Below, one piece after another: positions 29,827-42,000 of a stretch of DNA of 64,000 bases. Where the stretch lies: positions 128,001-192,000 of the IMG/VR virus record IMGVR_UViG_3300020576_005257; one strand, 5' to 3'. The notes beneath the pieces are model-generated. The model ran no database searches. It was not told where the DNA came from and saw only the letters and a list, made by a program, of their open reading frames with translations. This DNA comes from a virus. Its lineage: Duplodnaviria; Caudoviricetes. Position 1 is the stretch's first letter, and each line of letters starts with the position of its first letter. The position numbers and the translations under genes were made by a program.

Positions 29827-32800
29827 TATACGTTCTGTTTCAATTCTTCGTAAGCTCTCAATCTAATAGGATCTTGTCTATCAGTGTGGGATTGTTTTGA
29901 AAATCTACCATTAGAATATTTACTGGCTACATTGCTAAAACGACTTTCTAAAACGGCAAGTTGATTTTTATCTTTAACATATCCTTTTACATTTATTTTC
30001 AACTTAAACGGTTGAGTCTGCCCAGTAAAAACATTTGGAGGTTCTGGGTCTCCAGGTATTTCTGACATTGCTCCAATAACCCCTGGAGATTGGTCAGATG
30101 CATAGCCACCAGAATACTGCTCTTTTGGCTTAGTAATTCCAGCAAGCATAGCTGCAACTCCACCAGCAACAATCAAAGCTCCCATAACCTTTCTTTGTTT
30201 AGTTAAATCAACAATAGCTTCTCCCAATAGTCCTTCATGTTGAACTTTAAGAGCTTGCTTAAATACGTCGTCTCCACTATTCTCGGTAGCTATGGTAGCT
30301 GCTTTAGTGGCTATGGTGGTCATAGCTTCTACTGTAGTTTGTTTAGGGATCCCCTCACTAATTAAACCTTGATAATGTAAAGCTACTGCATTAAGACTCT
30401 TCAATACATACTCAGACCCTGAGTTCTCTGTTAGTTGGGTGCTGGTATCTACAAAAGATGCTATTAGTTTCTTTCTGGAAATGTCATCCATTTTGGCTTC
30501 GTAGGCAGTAGCGTTTAACTTTCTAGCTTGTTCCATAATAAGATCCATTAAACCACCACCCCCTTTCCCATCTAATCTACCTAACATCTTCTCGGATGTA
30601 GTAACAATATCATCTGTAGCCTCACGGCTAATCATTGGAATCAAATGTTCTAGGTTGGCTCTTTCATATGCGTCTGTAAAATAAGCCGATACACCAGTAG
30701 CGTCTTTCTTATAAATGGCACCCATAAAATCATGCATAGCATCAGCACCATGTTCATGTTTGCCAAATGAAGTGTGTAGTTGTTGCTCTATCATTGCAGC
30801 AACTTCTTTCGCGTTAACTTGTGGGTTTATATCAGCTGCATCTTCAAGAAATTTTTCTTTTCTATCAAGAACACTTTTCATAAGTCTTTTCTTGAAAGGA
30901 TCAGATCGCATAATATTCTCTAGAGCTTCTGGAATATCACCATACTCACCATTTTTATCTAAGAAATGCATAGATGCCATAGCTGAATTCAAATTTGGAA
31001 TTGAGTCATGTATATTCATTGAGTTAGCGTAGTTTGTAACTGCGGCCCTTAAACCTGAAACATCACTAATACCTGCTCCTCTGACAATATGATTTATATC
31101 TGCTCTGTTCTCTCTGGAGAAAGATAATAAGGTTTGACTAGCAAGTTGTCTTACTTTTACTTCTACCTCTGTCATAGCCGTATCAGGGTTCAAAGCAAAA
31201 GATACTGCATCTGTATAAGCACCAGATTTGGAAGAAACTCTAAGGCCCATTGTAGGAGCACCTGTAAACATAGCACTATGTAATTCATGTGCATTATCAA
31301 TCCTTCCAGCCATGTTAATAGACATCAACATAGCTTGATGCATAGCTCTGGTATCTCCATCCATACCTTGTCTAGCAGTAGAGATTAATCTTTGACCAAA
31401 CTCAGAATCTATAACGTTGGATAAATTAGATCCCTCTTCGTACATTTTTCTCTGAGTAGGGTTACGTAGTGCTTCTTCAAGATTTAAGCGTAATGAGGCC
31501 TCAAAAGCCTGTCTTGATTCTTCCATTACTGGCATATTGGCCCCTTGTACCATTCTATCAATAACATTATCCATAATGTCATCATAGTTTTTAGTCTGAC
31601 CAGCAATACGATCAAATACAGCCACCCCACGAGCTTCTTTTTGTAGTAGGTTTTTGATTTCAGAATGAACTGTTAGCTCATGTAATCCCCAGGCAGTTTG
31701 AGTAAAATTAGTATGAACTCCAGTTCTGTTGTAACTTGAGGTTACAATTGAACTAATTCCACGAATAATTCTCCCAGCCTGTTCTTTAGCTGCCTGACCA
31801 GTCCACTCAGCCACTAAGCCAGCTTGATCTTGGCCTAATTTACCATCGGTTAAAGTGAGTTGTCTAAGTTTAGATATAGATGCACCTAGCATGTGGGTAT
31901 TCATTGCATCTAAGCTAACCCTAGAGCCAGTACCTCTAACAGCACCGCCCTCTAACATTTCCATGCGTTCAAATACAGCTCTAACTCCAGAGTTCCCTAT
32001 ACCCGAGTTCTCAAAACCATGTAATCTTAATAAAGAACCAGGAAGCTCTCCCTTTGTATCAGCACTGAAAAATAATCTATCTCCAGCTCCAACCATACCT
32101 TCAAGTGAAGTTCCTTGTAAACCTAGTTTATCAGCAATTTTAAAAGCTTGGTGAACTCCTTCTATACCATTTGCTGCTTCTTTTTCTCTGAGTAACATAT
32201 TAGCAAGTAAGCTTCTACTCGCATTACCTGCTCTTACTTTACCACTAGCTTGTCCTAAAGTAATAAGGTCATATGACTTCTGGAAATATGCTTTATTGAT
32301 TGAGGTTTCTATTTCTGCTAAGGCCTCAGCAGCTGAGAGTTTTTTACCTTCAACGTAAACTGTAGCACCTTTAAAGTCGTATCCTTTAAGAGTCTGTATT
32401 CTAGATCTCAAAGCATCAAAATGATAACTAGTTTGGGTTCCTACAGATTCAGCATTATTTAAACTACGTGTTAGGGCAGCTAATGCTCTGACTTCTTCAA
32501 TAGGAGTACCACCACTAAATTCTATAACATTCGATATTGCTCCTGTATGATCTCTAAATCCGAGACCCATAGCTGTTATAGCTCCATGGGTTCCATTAAG
32601 CTTATCAAACTGAGAGCCAACATCAAGAATTAAGTGACCTCTGCCTCCTTGTTGTATCGCAACAAGACCTCTTTCTAATCCTTCGTTAATGGGGACACTT
32701 GTATCAGTACCAACTAATCTAACAGCAGATTTACCTGTGTTGTTCTTAATTAGGGCATAGCCCATTCTACTTTCTTCTCTGACTCTTTCATAAACATCTC

Positions 32801-34532
32801 CTTGTCTAAGAGCCGTCACTTCTCCAACTAAGTTTGTTCCACCACCAGTTGGTAGAACTACATTCTGGAAAGATACATTTTCTTTTTGTAATAGGTGTCC
32901 AGTTAAATCAGAGTCTTCAAGATTTAAACCTAAGTTCGGTGGAACCACAGCTGATTCAAGTGGTACACCAGTTGATCTAGAGTAGTCCTGAGCCTCAGCA
33001 AATTGAGCACCACTAAAATACTTATCTTCTAGTCCACTAGAAACCCTAAATAAAGTATTCTCTCCTCCAGGTATAACAGAAGCTCCACCCTCAGAGATAT
33101 TTAACTCTAATACTGGGTTTTTCTGGAAGGCAGAACTAGTAGTACCAGCCTTACTCTCCAAATAGCTAACAGTACCAGCACCTAAATTATTTGCTACTCT
33201 AGTATGTTCAGTGAGCAGATTACCTAAGTCAACTTCTTTTTGAGTACTAAGTTGTCTGACAGCTTTAGCACTTACTAAAACCTGACCTCTATCAGAACCC
33301 ACTTGTTGTCTAAATAAATCTCGTACAGCCTTATCACTAGCACTTACTTGTTGACCATTAACAGTTAAAGTCTTTCCAGCAAGAACCTCATGAACGAGTG
33401 AATGGCTATTAATGGAGAAGAATCTCTGACTACCATCTGCGTTGATTTCTGCTGGGTTGGCAAGTAAACTACCAATGCTAACAGGTTTACTAATTCTACC
33501 TCTGTATCTAGATTGAGTGGCAGTTCGTTTATTCCATAACTTATTAACTTTTTTATCAGCACCATGTAGTTCTAGGTATCTTAAATAAGAACTAACAAAT
33601 GAACCAGTGCCTTGACTATCTAAAAGACCTTTAATAGCTGCATTACTTTCTTTATAACTACCAAAAGCAAAAGCAGAGGATTCTTTAGAAGTGATTAGCT
33701 TTCTTTCTTTAAGATTCTTGAAAATCTCCTGTGCCCTGTAAGCTTTAGGAATAGGTTTGGTAGTACCATCACCCGTTAAACGAGAAAACTTCCTCATAAC
33801 AGGTTCTAATGCTCCCACTGATTGTGGGTCTTCTCTTTGGAAAAGCTGTTTTCTTAAAAACTTAGTGAACCCAAAATCTCGACCCATTGAATAAGGAAGA
33901 TCGCCAGGACTAGCTCCATTAACTTTTGAGGCCGCATTATTTAATTGTTGATTAAGTGTGGTAATCGTTGATACTTTGACATTTTGCTGTATCTTTTTAT
34001 GTAAGGATTCTGCTAACTGATCAATATGCTCCACAGAGTACATATCAGCATTATCTCCAAGTGCTTTGTGAAGCATGGAAACAATATCTTCTTTTGAGTT
34101 AGTAGAGTTAGAAGAGAAGACTAAATGATCTGCTAGATTCAGCAAGTTTTGCTGAATATGTCCCTCTTCAGAATCTTTAAGAAGTAGAAGCATGTCTCTG
34201 TAGACAGCTGAGTCTCCTTTTTCAATTCTTTGAATAAGTTCTTGATTACCCTTAAAAGCCTTAGATAAATGCTCGGCTCTTTCTCTAATGACATCTTGTG
34301 GAGATAGTTGTTCAACGTTCTTACGAACAATGTACATATCTTCATCATCTAGTTTATGGGCTTTAAACTGAAGGGAAGAGCCGTCTAGTGTTTTGAGCAG
34401 GTAAAAAAGTGTGCCAGCTCCACCAGCTAAAGTAACAGCATTATGAACAACGTAGTCCTGCTTGCTTCCTCTATGTCGAACTGTGTCTCCCGGCTCCGGG
34501 TTGATATTAGTTATCTTGTCTAGCCTGGCCAC
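29826..34532 (-). CDS. Giant virion (internal/ejection-type) protein with degenerate DEDDh-like domain
   Basis: 1568 aa, GTG start; helical; hydrophobic segment near C-terminus (VMGALIVAGGVAAMLAGI); DnaQ-like fold remnants at ~32125-32640. Confidence 0.55.
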   Translation of the reverse strand: MARLDKITNINPEPGDTVRHRGSKQDYVVHNAVTLAGGAGTLFYLLKTLDGSSLQFKAHKLDDEDMYIVRKNVEQLSPQDVIRERAEHLSKAFKGNQELIQRIEKGDSAVYRDMLLLLKDSEEGHIQQNLLNLADHLVFSSNSTNSKEDIVSMLHKALGDNADMYSVEHIDQLAESLHKKIQQNVKVSTITTLNQQLNNAASKVNGASPGDLPYSMGRDFGFTKFLRKQLFQREDPQSVGALEPVMRKFSRLTGDGTTKPIPKAYRAQEIFKNLKERKLITSKESSAFAFGSYKESNAAIKGLLDSQGTGSFVSSYLRYLELHGADKKVNKLWNKRTATQSRYRGRISKPVSIGSLLANPAEINADGSQRFFSINSHSLVHEVLAGKTLTVNGQQVSASDKAVRDLFRQQVGSDRGQVLVSAKAVRQLSTQKEVDLGNLLTEHTRVANNLGAGTVSYLESKAGTTSSAFQKNPVLELNISEGGASVIPGGENTLFRVSSGLEDKYFSGAQFAEAQDYSRSTGVPLESAVVPPNLGLNLEDSDLTGHLLQKENVSFQNVVLPTGGGTNLVGEVTALRQGDVYERVREESRMGYALIKNNTGKSAVRLVGTDTSVPINEGLERGLVAIQQGGRGHLILDVGSQFDKLNGTHGAITAMGLGFRDHTGAISNVIEFSGGTPIEEVRALAALTRSLNNAESVGTQTSYHFDALRSRIQTLKGYDFKGATVYVEGKKLSAAEALAEIETSINKAYFQKSYDLITLGQASGKVRAGNASRSLLANMLLREKEAANGIEGVHQAFKIADKLGLQGTSLEGMVGAGDRLFFSADTKGELPGSLLRLHGFENSGIGNSGVRAVFERMEMLEGGAVRGTGSRVSLDAMNTHMLGASISKLRQLTLTDGKLGQDQAGLVAEWTGQAAKEQAGRIIRGISSIVTSSYNRTGVHTNFTQTAWGLHELTVHSEIKNLLQKEARGVAVFDRIAGQTKNYDDIMDNVIDRMVQGANMPVMEESRQAFEASLRLNLEEALRNPTQRKMYEEGSNLSNVIDSEFGQRLISTARQGMDGDTRAMHQAMLMSINMAGRIDNAHELHSAMFTGAPTMGLRVSSKSGAYTDAVSFALNPDTAMTEVEVKVRQLASQTLLSFSRENRADINHIVRGAGISDVSGLRAAVTNYANSMNIHDSIPNLNSAMASMHFLDKNGEYGDIPEALENIMRSDPFKKRLMKSVLDRKEKFLEDAADINPQVNAKEVAAMIEQQLHTSFGKHEHGADAMHDFMGAIYKKDATGVSAYFTDAYERANLEHLIPMISREATDDIVTTSEKMLGRLDGKGGGGLMDLIMEQARKLNATAYEAKMDDISRKKLIASFVDTSTQLTENSGSEYVLKSLNAVALHYQGLISEGIPKQTTVEAMTTIATKAATIATENSGDDVFKQALKVQHEGLLGEAIVDLTKQRKVMGALIVAGGVAAMLAGITKPKEQYSGGYASDQSPGVIGAMSEIPGDPEPPNVFTGQTQPFKLKINVKGYVKDKNQLAVLESRFSNVASKYSNGRFSKQSHTDRQDPIRLRAYEELKQNV

Positions 34533-34541
34533 TTATAACAA

Positions 34542-34568
34542 AAATAGAGCGGAATTTCCGCTCTATTT
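34542..34568. terminator. Perfect inverted repeat, probable intrinsic terminator
   Basis: AAATAGAGCGGAA-T-TTCCGCTCTATTT (13-bp arms); T-rich run on the minus strand. Confidence 0.7.
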
Positions 34569-34589
34569 CTACTTATATCTCCTATAACC

Positions 34590-34847
34590 TTAGTCTACAA
34601 TCATTGGCCTAAAATTCATTCTCTTTAAACCAGTACCCATATTTTTAAGGTTGCTTCCATATCTAGGAGCAGATCTGAGAGGCAATTTGTTGGTACCAAG
34701 TAAATAGGCAATCTTAGTTACATCCAAATCTTTCCTAAGTTTCTTAGCTTCGCTCTCTGTAATCTCCTCTTTCTTCAAGTTTTCATCAATAGCATCATAC
34801 TCTTTTTCAAAAGTTGGGATTTTAATATCAATTCTTCCGTACTTCAT
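34590..34847 (-). CDS. Small hypothetical protein
   Basis: 85 aa ORF immediately after the metallophosphoesterase. Confidence 0.5.
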   Translation of the reverse strand: MKYGRIDIKIPTFEKEYDAIDENLKKEEITESEAKKLRKDLDVTKIAYLLGTNKLPLRSAPRYGSNLKNMGTGLKRMNFRPMIVD

Positions 34848-34850
34848 ATA

Positions 34851-35993
34851 TTAACCAGTGTAAACTAATTGGGTCTTATTCAAATCAAAACTACCAGTTT
34901 CGTCTCTATACATTTTAACGAAACCTTGGACAGGTGGTTGATACTTACCATGTTGTAAGAATTGGTACTCTTGAGGCTTAGCCATGCAACCAGTATGAAT
35001 AAGCATTCTGCCTGTAGGAGTGTACTCCATAGAAAGCCTATGTACATGCCCCTGGAAGACCGCTCTAGGCGATTCAATCTTCAATACGTGATTCCATTGG
35101 GCAAGCCATGTATCAAGCCTCTTTACAGCATCATCACCACAGAAGCATTCAAAGTGACCAAAAAGACACTCATTCCAAATTCCAGCAAAATCAAGCTTGT
35201 AGTTTTCACCAAATTGGAGAGGTGGCTTAGTATCAGGAATCTCAAGTGACATGAACTCTACGTTATCAAGCCCTTGGGTTAACCAAACTAATGGGTGTAC
35301 AACCATAGGAAGCAAACCAGGTAAAAGATTCTGCATCTTTTTGATTGGCCTATTATCATGATTCCCAGTAATGATCTTAACACTACTATACTTCTTACAA
35401 AGCTCTTCAATAATAGCTCGACCAGTTGCTATCTCAGCCTGATAGGTCACATAGGCATTAGTCTGTCTATGGCTTGAAGCAGAAAGCATATCAAGTACGT
35501 CACCCATAATTACGAGTTCATCTGCGTCTGATCTAAGAAGATAGTCAAGACTTTCTGGGTGGTGGAAGGGGATATGGAAGTCTCCTGCCACATCAACAGA
35601 ACCATCACCTTTCTTTCTCTTATAGTTCTTATTGACTTCACCAATGGGTCCGATTAGTCTCTCCAAACCAGTTCTAGACATTTCAAGAAAACTGTCTGGT
35701 TGAATTACTTTTTGAATTGTATTGGCCTCACTGATTTGTTCAGGTACTTGTACTGTAGTCTTTTCAAGAACTACGCTATTGTTATGAATATAAGACTTCC
35801 AATTCTTCCAGAGCCTAAGCAAAGACCTAGAAGCCTCTATCTCAGAACCAAAGTCTGGAACCATATGTAAAACAAGGTCATAGTAACCTCTACTGGAGGA
35901 TTTTCTGACATAAAAGTCAGATGCGATTGCTGTGTTTATATTTTCTAGTTTAGCTAAATCTAGAAAAGAAACTGGGATGGTTATAGTTTTCAT
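34851..35993 (-). CDS. Calcineurin-like metallophosphoesterase
   Basis: GDFH, GDVLD, GNHD, FGH, GHVH: all five motifs present. Confidence 0.9.
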   Translation of the reverse strand: MKTITIPVSFLDLAKLENINTAIASDFYVRKSSSRGYYDLVLHMVPDFGSEIEASRSLLRLWKNWKSYIHNNSVVLEKTTVQVPEQISEANTIQKVIQPDSFLEMSRTGLERLIGPIGEVNKNYKRKKGDGSVDVAGDFHIPFHHPESLDYLLRSDADELVIMGDVLDMLSASSHRQTNAYVTYQAEIATGRAIIEELCKKYSSVKIITGNHDNRPIKKMQNLLPGLLPMVVHPLVWLTQGLDNVEFMSLEIPDTKPPLQFGENYKLDFAGIWNECLFGHFECFCGDDAVKRLDTWLAQWNHVLKIESPRAVFQGHVHRLSMEYTPTGRMLIHTGCMAKPQEYQFLQHGKYQPPVQGFVKMYRDETGSFDLNKTQLVYTG

Positions 35994-36008
35994 TATTAGG
36001 ATATCCTG

Positions 36009-39000
36009 TTATCTACGTAATTGTTTTTGTTTTTCGCGTTCCACTTCCGCTCGGCGGTCGTGGTTTAGCTGCATATTAATATCTATAACGTTATGAGATG
36101 TAGGTATGGTCTCATAGTTTATTAGAATATTGCCAAATTCGCCGCTACCAGCCAATTTATCAAGTTCTCTTTGGATGTTTTCTTTGGTTCTCTTGTTCAT
36201 TCTAGGTACTTCGACCCCCTCTGAGAAAACTTTAGCCTTAGCTAGTTTTCTTTTACTGGGTCTAGCAATCTTTATGTCTTCATGCTCAGTTGCTCTGAGT
36301 TTAATGTCATCAAGGTCGGTATCTCTTCGCCAGCCACCCCAATCAGATTTAGGTAAATTGTGGTGCTTGAAGTATTCAGTTAGATTGGGTTTAGTTGGAA
36401 GCTTATCTTCTTCAACACCTAAGAACTTGCCAAGTACCCGCTTCTCAGCATTGGGTAATAAGTCATAGTATTCATCTTTCTCTGCCTGAGTAGCAGTAGT
36501 AATTATAGATTCAGCAATTTGTCTATGTCTTCTAGGTAGTGTTGCCAAAGCTTCGTCAAGCGTACCATTTACGACATCAAAACCGTACATAGTTCGTCTT
36601 GCTTTGAATTCGGCGTCACTAGCTAACTTTTCAAACTGCTTAGCTTGTAAAGCAACTTGCTGATGTCCAGTTTTAACTTGACGTTCTCCATTCTTAGCTT
36701 TTAAAGCAGCTTCAGCTATGGTAGATTCTTTGACATAGGTAAGAATATCATAATACTCATCAAAATCGTTTCTTTTTCTAGTTCTTTTTGGTTTCCAAGT
36801 TTCACCAGTTAAAGTTTCATTTAACTCTTTTAATAGAGATAAAGACGCCCCAACTGCCCCAGCAACCATAGCTGCTTTACCTTTCATCTTCTTAGTTCTG
36901 AAAAAGATGCTTGCAACTAAAGCACTTTGAGCACCAGCAACAACTGGATTCTTACTAATTATTGAATTTACAGTGGGTACAACATAATTATCTTTCAAAT
37001 TCTTTAAGGAATATTCGTCAGTTCCGTAAACCTCACCTCTTTTATATTGTTCCAAAGCTGTACGTACACGTAAGAATTTGTTAGAAAACATATTATCACT
37101 GTGTAGAATAGTATCGGTTACACTGGTTCCTAATCCATCTCTTCCAAAAACTTGATTTGCTAATGGATTTCTAGATTTGTAGTCTTCATCTGCATATTCA
37201 GACTCAATCAGTTCATGATTAACGTCCCCAAAAATAGCTTCAAGTACAGTGTTCTTGGTGACATCAGGATTGAATTGCCCTTTAATAAGAGTCACAGAGG
37301 TCTTTTGACCTACATGAATACCATATTGAGCTAATAGGTCAGCAGGATCTTTATAAGCAAAAGCTTGTTGATCATATTTAACACCAGCTAACTTAAACTG
37401 ACCCATTTCAGTTAAAATATCCCCCTCTCCAGTAATAGCCTCAACAACTAAATCCCTAGTTTCAGTGGGAACATTTCTTTTAGGATAAAGATTATAATTC
37501 TCTGTTTTAGCTTTGGCAATTTCTAAAGCAATCTCAAATCTGCGTTGCTCCATACCACCAAACCCACCTTTCTCTTTGGCGAGTTGAACATACTTTCTAA
37601 ATTCACGAGATTCAGGAGCAGCTTTTGCTAATACCTCAATCCTATCAATAAGACCATAAGTTTCATAAGGACTAACTTCCTCATTGTCAATCATCTCCTG
37701 CACACGAGCCCTTGCTCCAGCTACACGATTAAATATAGCATCCATGCGTTTAGGATCATATTTATAGGTAGCTAACCTAACTTCATCAGGGTTATCTCGA
37801 TTAACATGGGCCAAATGGCCTACCTTAGTATCAGTAAGATACATATAATACATAAGTTGATCTATGTATTTTTCATTATCCTCATTGATATTTCCAGAAC
37901 CACGAGTCTTAATTTCAACAACTTCTAAGCCACTCTTACCTCTAACTAAAGTTTCAATAGTAGCAGAACCATTAATTTCATCATCGTAAGCAGCAATTTC
38001 AGCACCAACTAAGATACCTTGCTCCCTCATTTGTCTCATAATTCTCTTATGAGCAAAAGTTCCAAAAGCCATTCTTGTCTCAGAAGCTTCATCTGCCTCT
38101 GATCCAATAGGATCAAGGAACTTCAATACCATTTCATCTTCTGAAAGACCTACCATAGATCCTCTGATTTTTAATGGTTTCACAAATGGGTTAGCTCTTT
38201 CCATCGCGTCGCCTGGAAGGATTAACTCACCGTTAGAAAGCCTAGCATATGGGTCCCCCCGTCGAAACTTATTAGGCAACCAACTAGCTTGGTTGTTTTG
38301 TAGTGGGTTGAAAGCATCTGGATCTTGTCTTTCCTCAGGCATAAATCGTCTGAAGAATTCTCCATACATACCAGGAAAAACTTCACCCATTTTAGCGTTA
38401 TAGAACAAACGAGACTTAGAAAAAGAGACACCTGGGTCTTGAATCTGGAAAGCTTCGTGTTCGTTGCTACCATAAGCTGGTATTTGGTTTACAATACCAC
38501 TATAGATACCAGTAGGCCGAAGTAATTCATCCATTACCTCATGTACTTTATGTGTAAGTTTATGTTTGTGGTACTCATGTTTTGATGCATACTTGTTGTA
38601 CCCATAATTAAAAGCTCTACCATCTTCATCGCCAGGCTCGGCAGACTGTAATGCCTCTTCTAGGCTACCTCCACCTCCCCCATAACCAGAACCACTTCCC
38701 CCTGTGCCTGGGCCAGATCCACCAGGACCAGGCATACCATGCTTCTTATAGCCCCACAGATTAGTCATAGTTTGAATAACCTTACTCATTTTGGTATGGC
38801 TTTTCTCGTATGCGTAACCTACAGAAGGATGTTCATCCAGGTAAGATAACATCTCCTCCTCAGAAGCATAGGGCCTATCTTTTTGAGTTAAGTCTTCTTG
38901 CCAGTGAGGGTGGAAAAGAGCATTAAGAGGTGCGAGTGGATTGGTTATAGTGGGCAGGAAACTATAGTTAGGGTTAGATAGTTGAACATTTCTAGCCTCA

Positions 39001-42000
39001 GTCCAATGTGATTTAAGTCTTCTATAAAGATTAGGTCTGACTGATTCTACACTTCCACCATATGCTGGATTTCTTGATCCAATTAAAAAGCCACGACCCA
39101 TTCTGATTTGTTCGTTACCATATAACAAATCCTCCCTGGTTTCCGCTTCATCCATTGGATTGTAGTACATATCAGCACCTGGAAGGCTATATACTAAGTG
39201 CTTTAATGGGTTAGTAAGCCCAAAACGATCTCTAAATTTAGATGTACTTATTCTTGCATTCCCATAAACATTAGCTGTGAAATCATCTATGCCTTCTTGA
39301 TCTTTGTTATGTAAATCAGCGTTAATATTCTTATACGCTTCCATAGCAATATAAGCCGGAATAATCCGTTTAATCATTAAATTAGTATGTGCTCTACCAA
39401 AAGTAGCTTTATCTGTTTCTGAGATTCCTAATCCTGCTTGATCAAGAACATTAGCTGCACCATGAGAAAGAGCAGTAAGGCTGGTGCTCAAATACCCTTG
39501 AGCAGAATTTGCTGAAAAGAGTCCTTTAGCAAAGTCTACAGTACCAAAGCCTCTTCCTAATTGGGTTTTAAGATGGAAAGCCATGGCCTGAGTATAAGTT
39601 AACCCATTACCAATAATTAATGACCCCATAGATGGGGTAGCAGAGGGTAATACTGTATACCTGGCTACTGCTTCTTCTGGAGCTTCTGGAACAAATGAGG
39701 GTCGTCTGGCTCTAAAGCCACCTTCATCTAATTTATCATGTATACCTAAATTGTTTACTAGTCTGTTTATAACAGAGACACCTTGCTCTTCTTTGTAAAT
39801 GGAAGTAGCAACAAGCATGGTGTCAGACCTAACCCTTTCAGCTGCAATCATTTTAGCTACTGGGTCTTCCATATATCCCGCTAATCTTTCGTGGGAAGAG
39901 AAAGCTGTAACTAATTGACCTATGCTACCTTCTGAGAGAGATCCTTCATCTGGGTTAAAGTTCTTTAAAGCACCTTCAAACAAATAATTAAATTCAGAAT
40001 CAGAACTTACATTTAAATGTTTAGTAAAAATTCCTTTAATTTTGTTTGCGTTTTCTATTTGTGTAGGATCAATTAAAGTTCCCCTTTCTTTTAATAAGTT
40101 TAATGCTATATCTTGATCTAACCCAGTTGCCGCTTTAACCTCTGAGAATAATTCTGATTTAGCAGAAGCTCTGGTAAATTCTTCAATTAGTCCTCGTTGT
40201 AAGTCTTTTTGAATTTTAGATACAGCATCATCTCCAAAGACTTGTTCTTTGGTCGGGGGTGTTAATACTGAATTTAACTCTACCTTGTTCTGTGCGGGGG
40301 CACTAATATCATAAATTCTATTAGGACTTTCTATAAAATCAGATAAGGCTTTTTCTAGTGTGGAGTTTACTTGGTTGTTGGAAAGAGCCTCCAAATCCAT
40401 AGTACCTAAATGATCAGCCAAAGCTTCTGGATTATCAGAAAGCTCCATAAGTCTAATTAAATCCTCACTAAGAGGAATACCATCTTTTCTAGCTTTAGAA
40501 GCTAGCTTCTTTACAGTAGGGGATAAGTCATTAAAATCTAAGTTAGCCATACCCCCAATCATTCTTCTTTGAAGGTCTAGCTCTACATTAGGTGTAATTT
40601 TTCCAGTATTCTCTTTTAAAAACTGGGAGATAAGGGTTGGGTGTATTTGATCAGAAGTAACTGATGTAGCTGTAGGATCCACACCAAGAATCTTCCCAGC
40701 AAGACTGCCCATAATATTTTTCGGAACAAGTTTTAATTCCCCATCATTAACATTAAGATTGAATAATTCTGGTTGGAAGTGATGAAGTAAATTTTCCAGC
40801 ACAGTTTTACTTCCACCTTCTGGACGTTGTAAACTTTCCTTGGCAGCTTTTAGAAATCCTTTAGTTGATACTTGATCTGAGAAATCACTGAAAGCATTGT
40901 CTAATAAATTAGCCCTAGTTCCAGCCATCTCTTTTAATACAGTGCTTCTTTCATTGTTTAAGAAAATAAATCTAGAAGCTTGTTCAGCATTAACTCTGTC
41001 AACTGTAAAATCTGTACCTTGTCTCCCAAAACTAAAAATCTGTTCTCCAATAGATAAGCCAAACTCGTTATCATAGTTTAACCCCATCCTCTTAAGCTCA
41101 CCAAGCTTACTCATTTCTCCAAGAAATTTTACAGGAGTTTTATCAGGAGAATAGGCACCACCTAAAGTGAAGGGGATGTTAAATTTAATAGGTTGGAGAG
41201 GAAACTGTAATGCTTGTTTTGCCCTATTAACGAAAGTTCTTCTGCTGTTACGTGCGTGTACGAGAGATAAAACATCTCCATTTTTATCAACACCAAGACC
41301 ACTAAAACTCTTTAAGTAGGCTTCCCTTAACTCAGCATGCTGCTCTCCACCCAGTTCAATAAGATTACTTTCAATCTTTCCAAAGATTTCATCAGCAGTT
41401 TTCTTGTGCCCAGTATTTCTTAAATATTGATCTACTTTTTCCCGGTGGGACCCAGTTATTTCTTCAATTGTTAGTCCACGATGATTTTTATTATGCAACA
41501 TTCCTTGCAAATCTAAACCAGCTTTCTCACTAGCATTCATTTCTCTGGCATGTTTAGCTAATGCACCAAAGATAACATCCCTATTTTTTGATCCATTCTT
41601 ACCACCAAATAAATTCTTCTCAGTAGATACTTGTCTTCTCTTAGCAAGATCAATGGCATCATCCATACTTTGCTTTACAGAAGCCCTATGCTGTTCCAAT
41701 AAAACAGCAGGTTTGACGTTCTCAGTCATGTAATTGAATCTAACACCTTTAGTAGATTCCATGAAACGTTGCATGGTACTATCACTAAGGAGCTTCCCAG
41801 ACATATGTTCCACCTCACCAGAGAGGAATTCATGGAAAACATCAGTTAGATGGGGTGCTATTTTATCAAAATGTTCAAGACTATCTTCATGAACATTCTT
41901 CCGTAAAGACTCAGTTAGAGCTTCTCTACGAATGTCCCGCATAGCTCCACGAAGAAAACTTCTTCTTACTTGTGGAACACTGTCGGCAAAATAATTAAAA

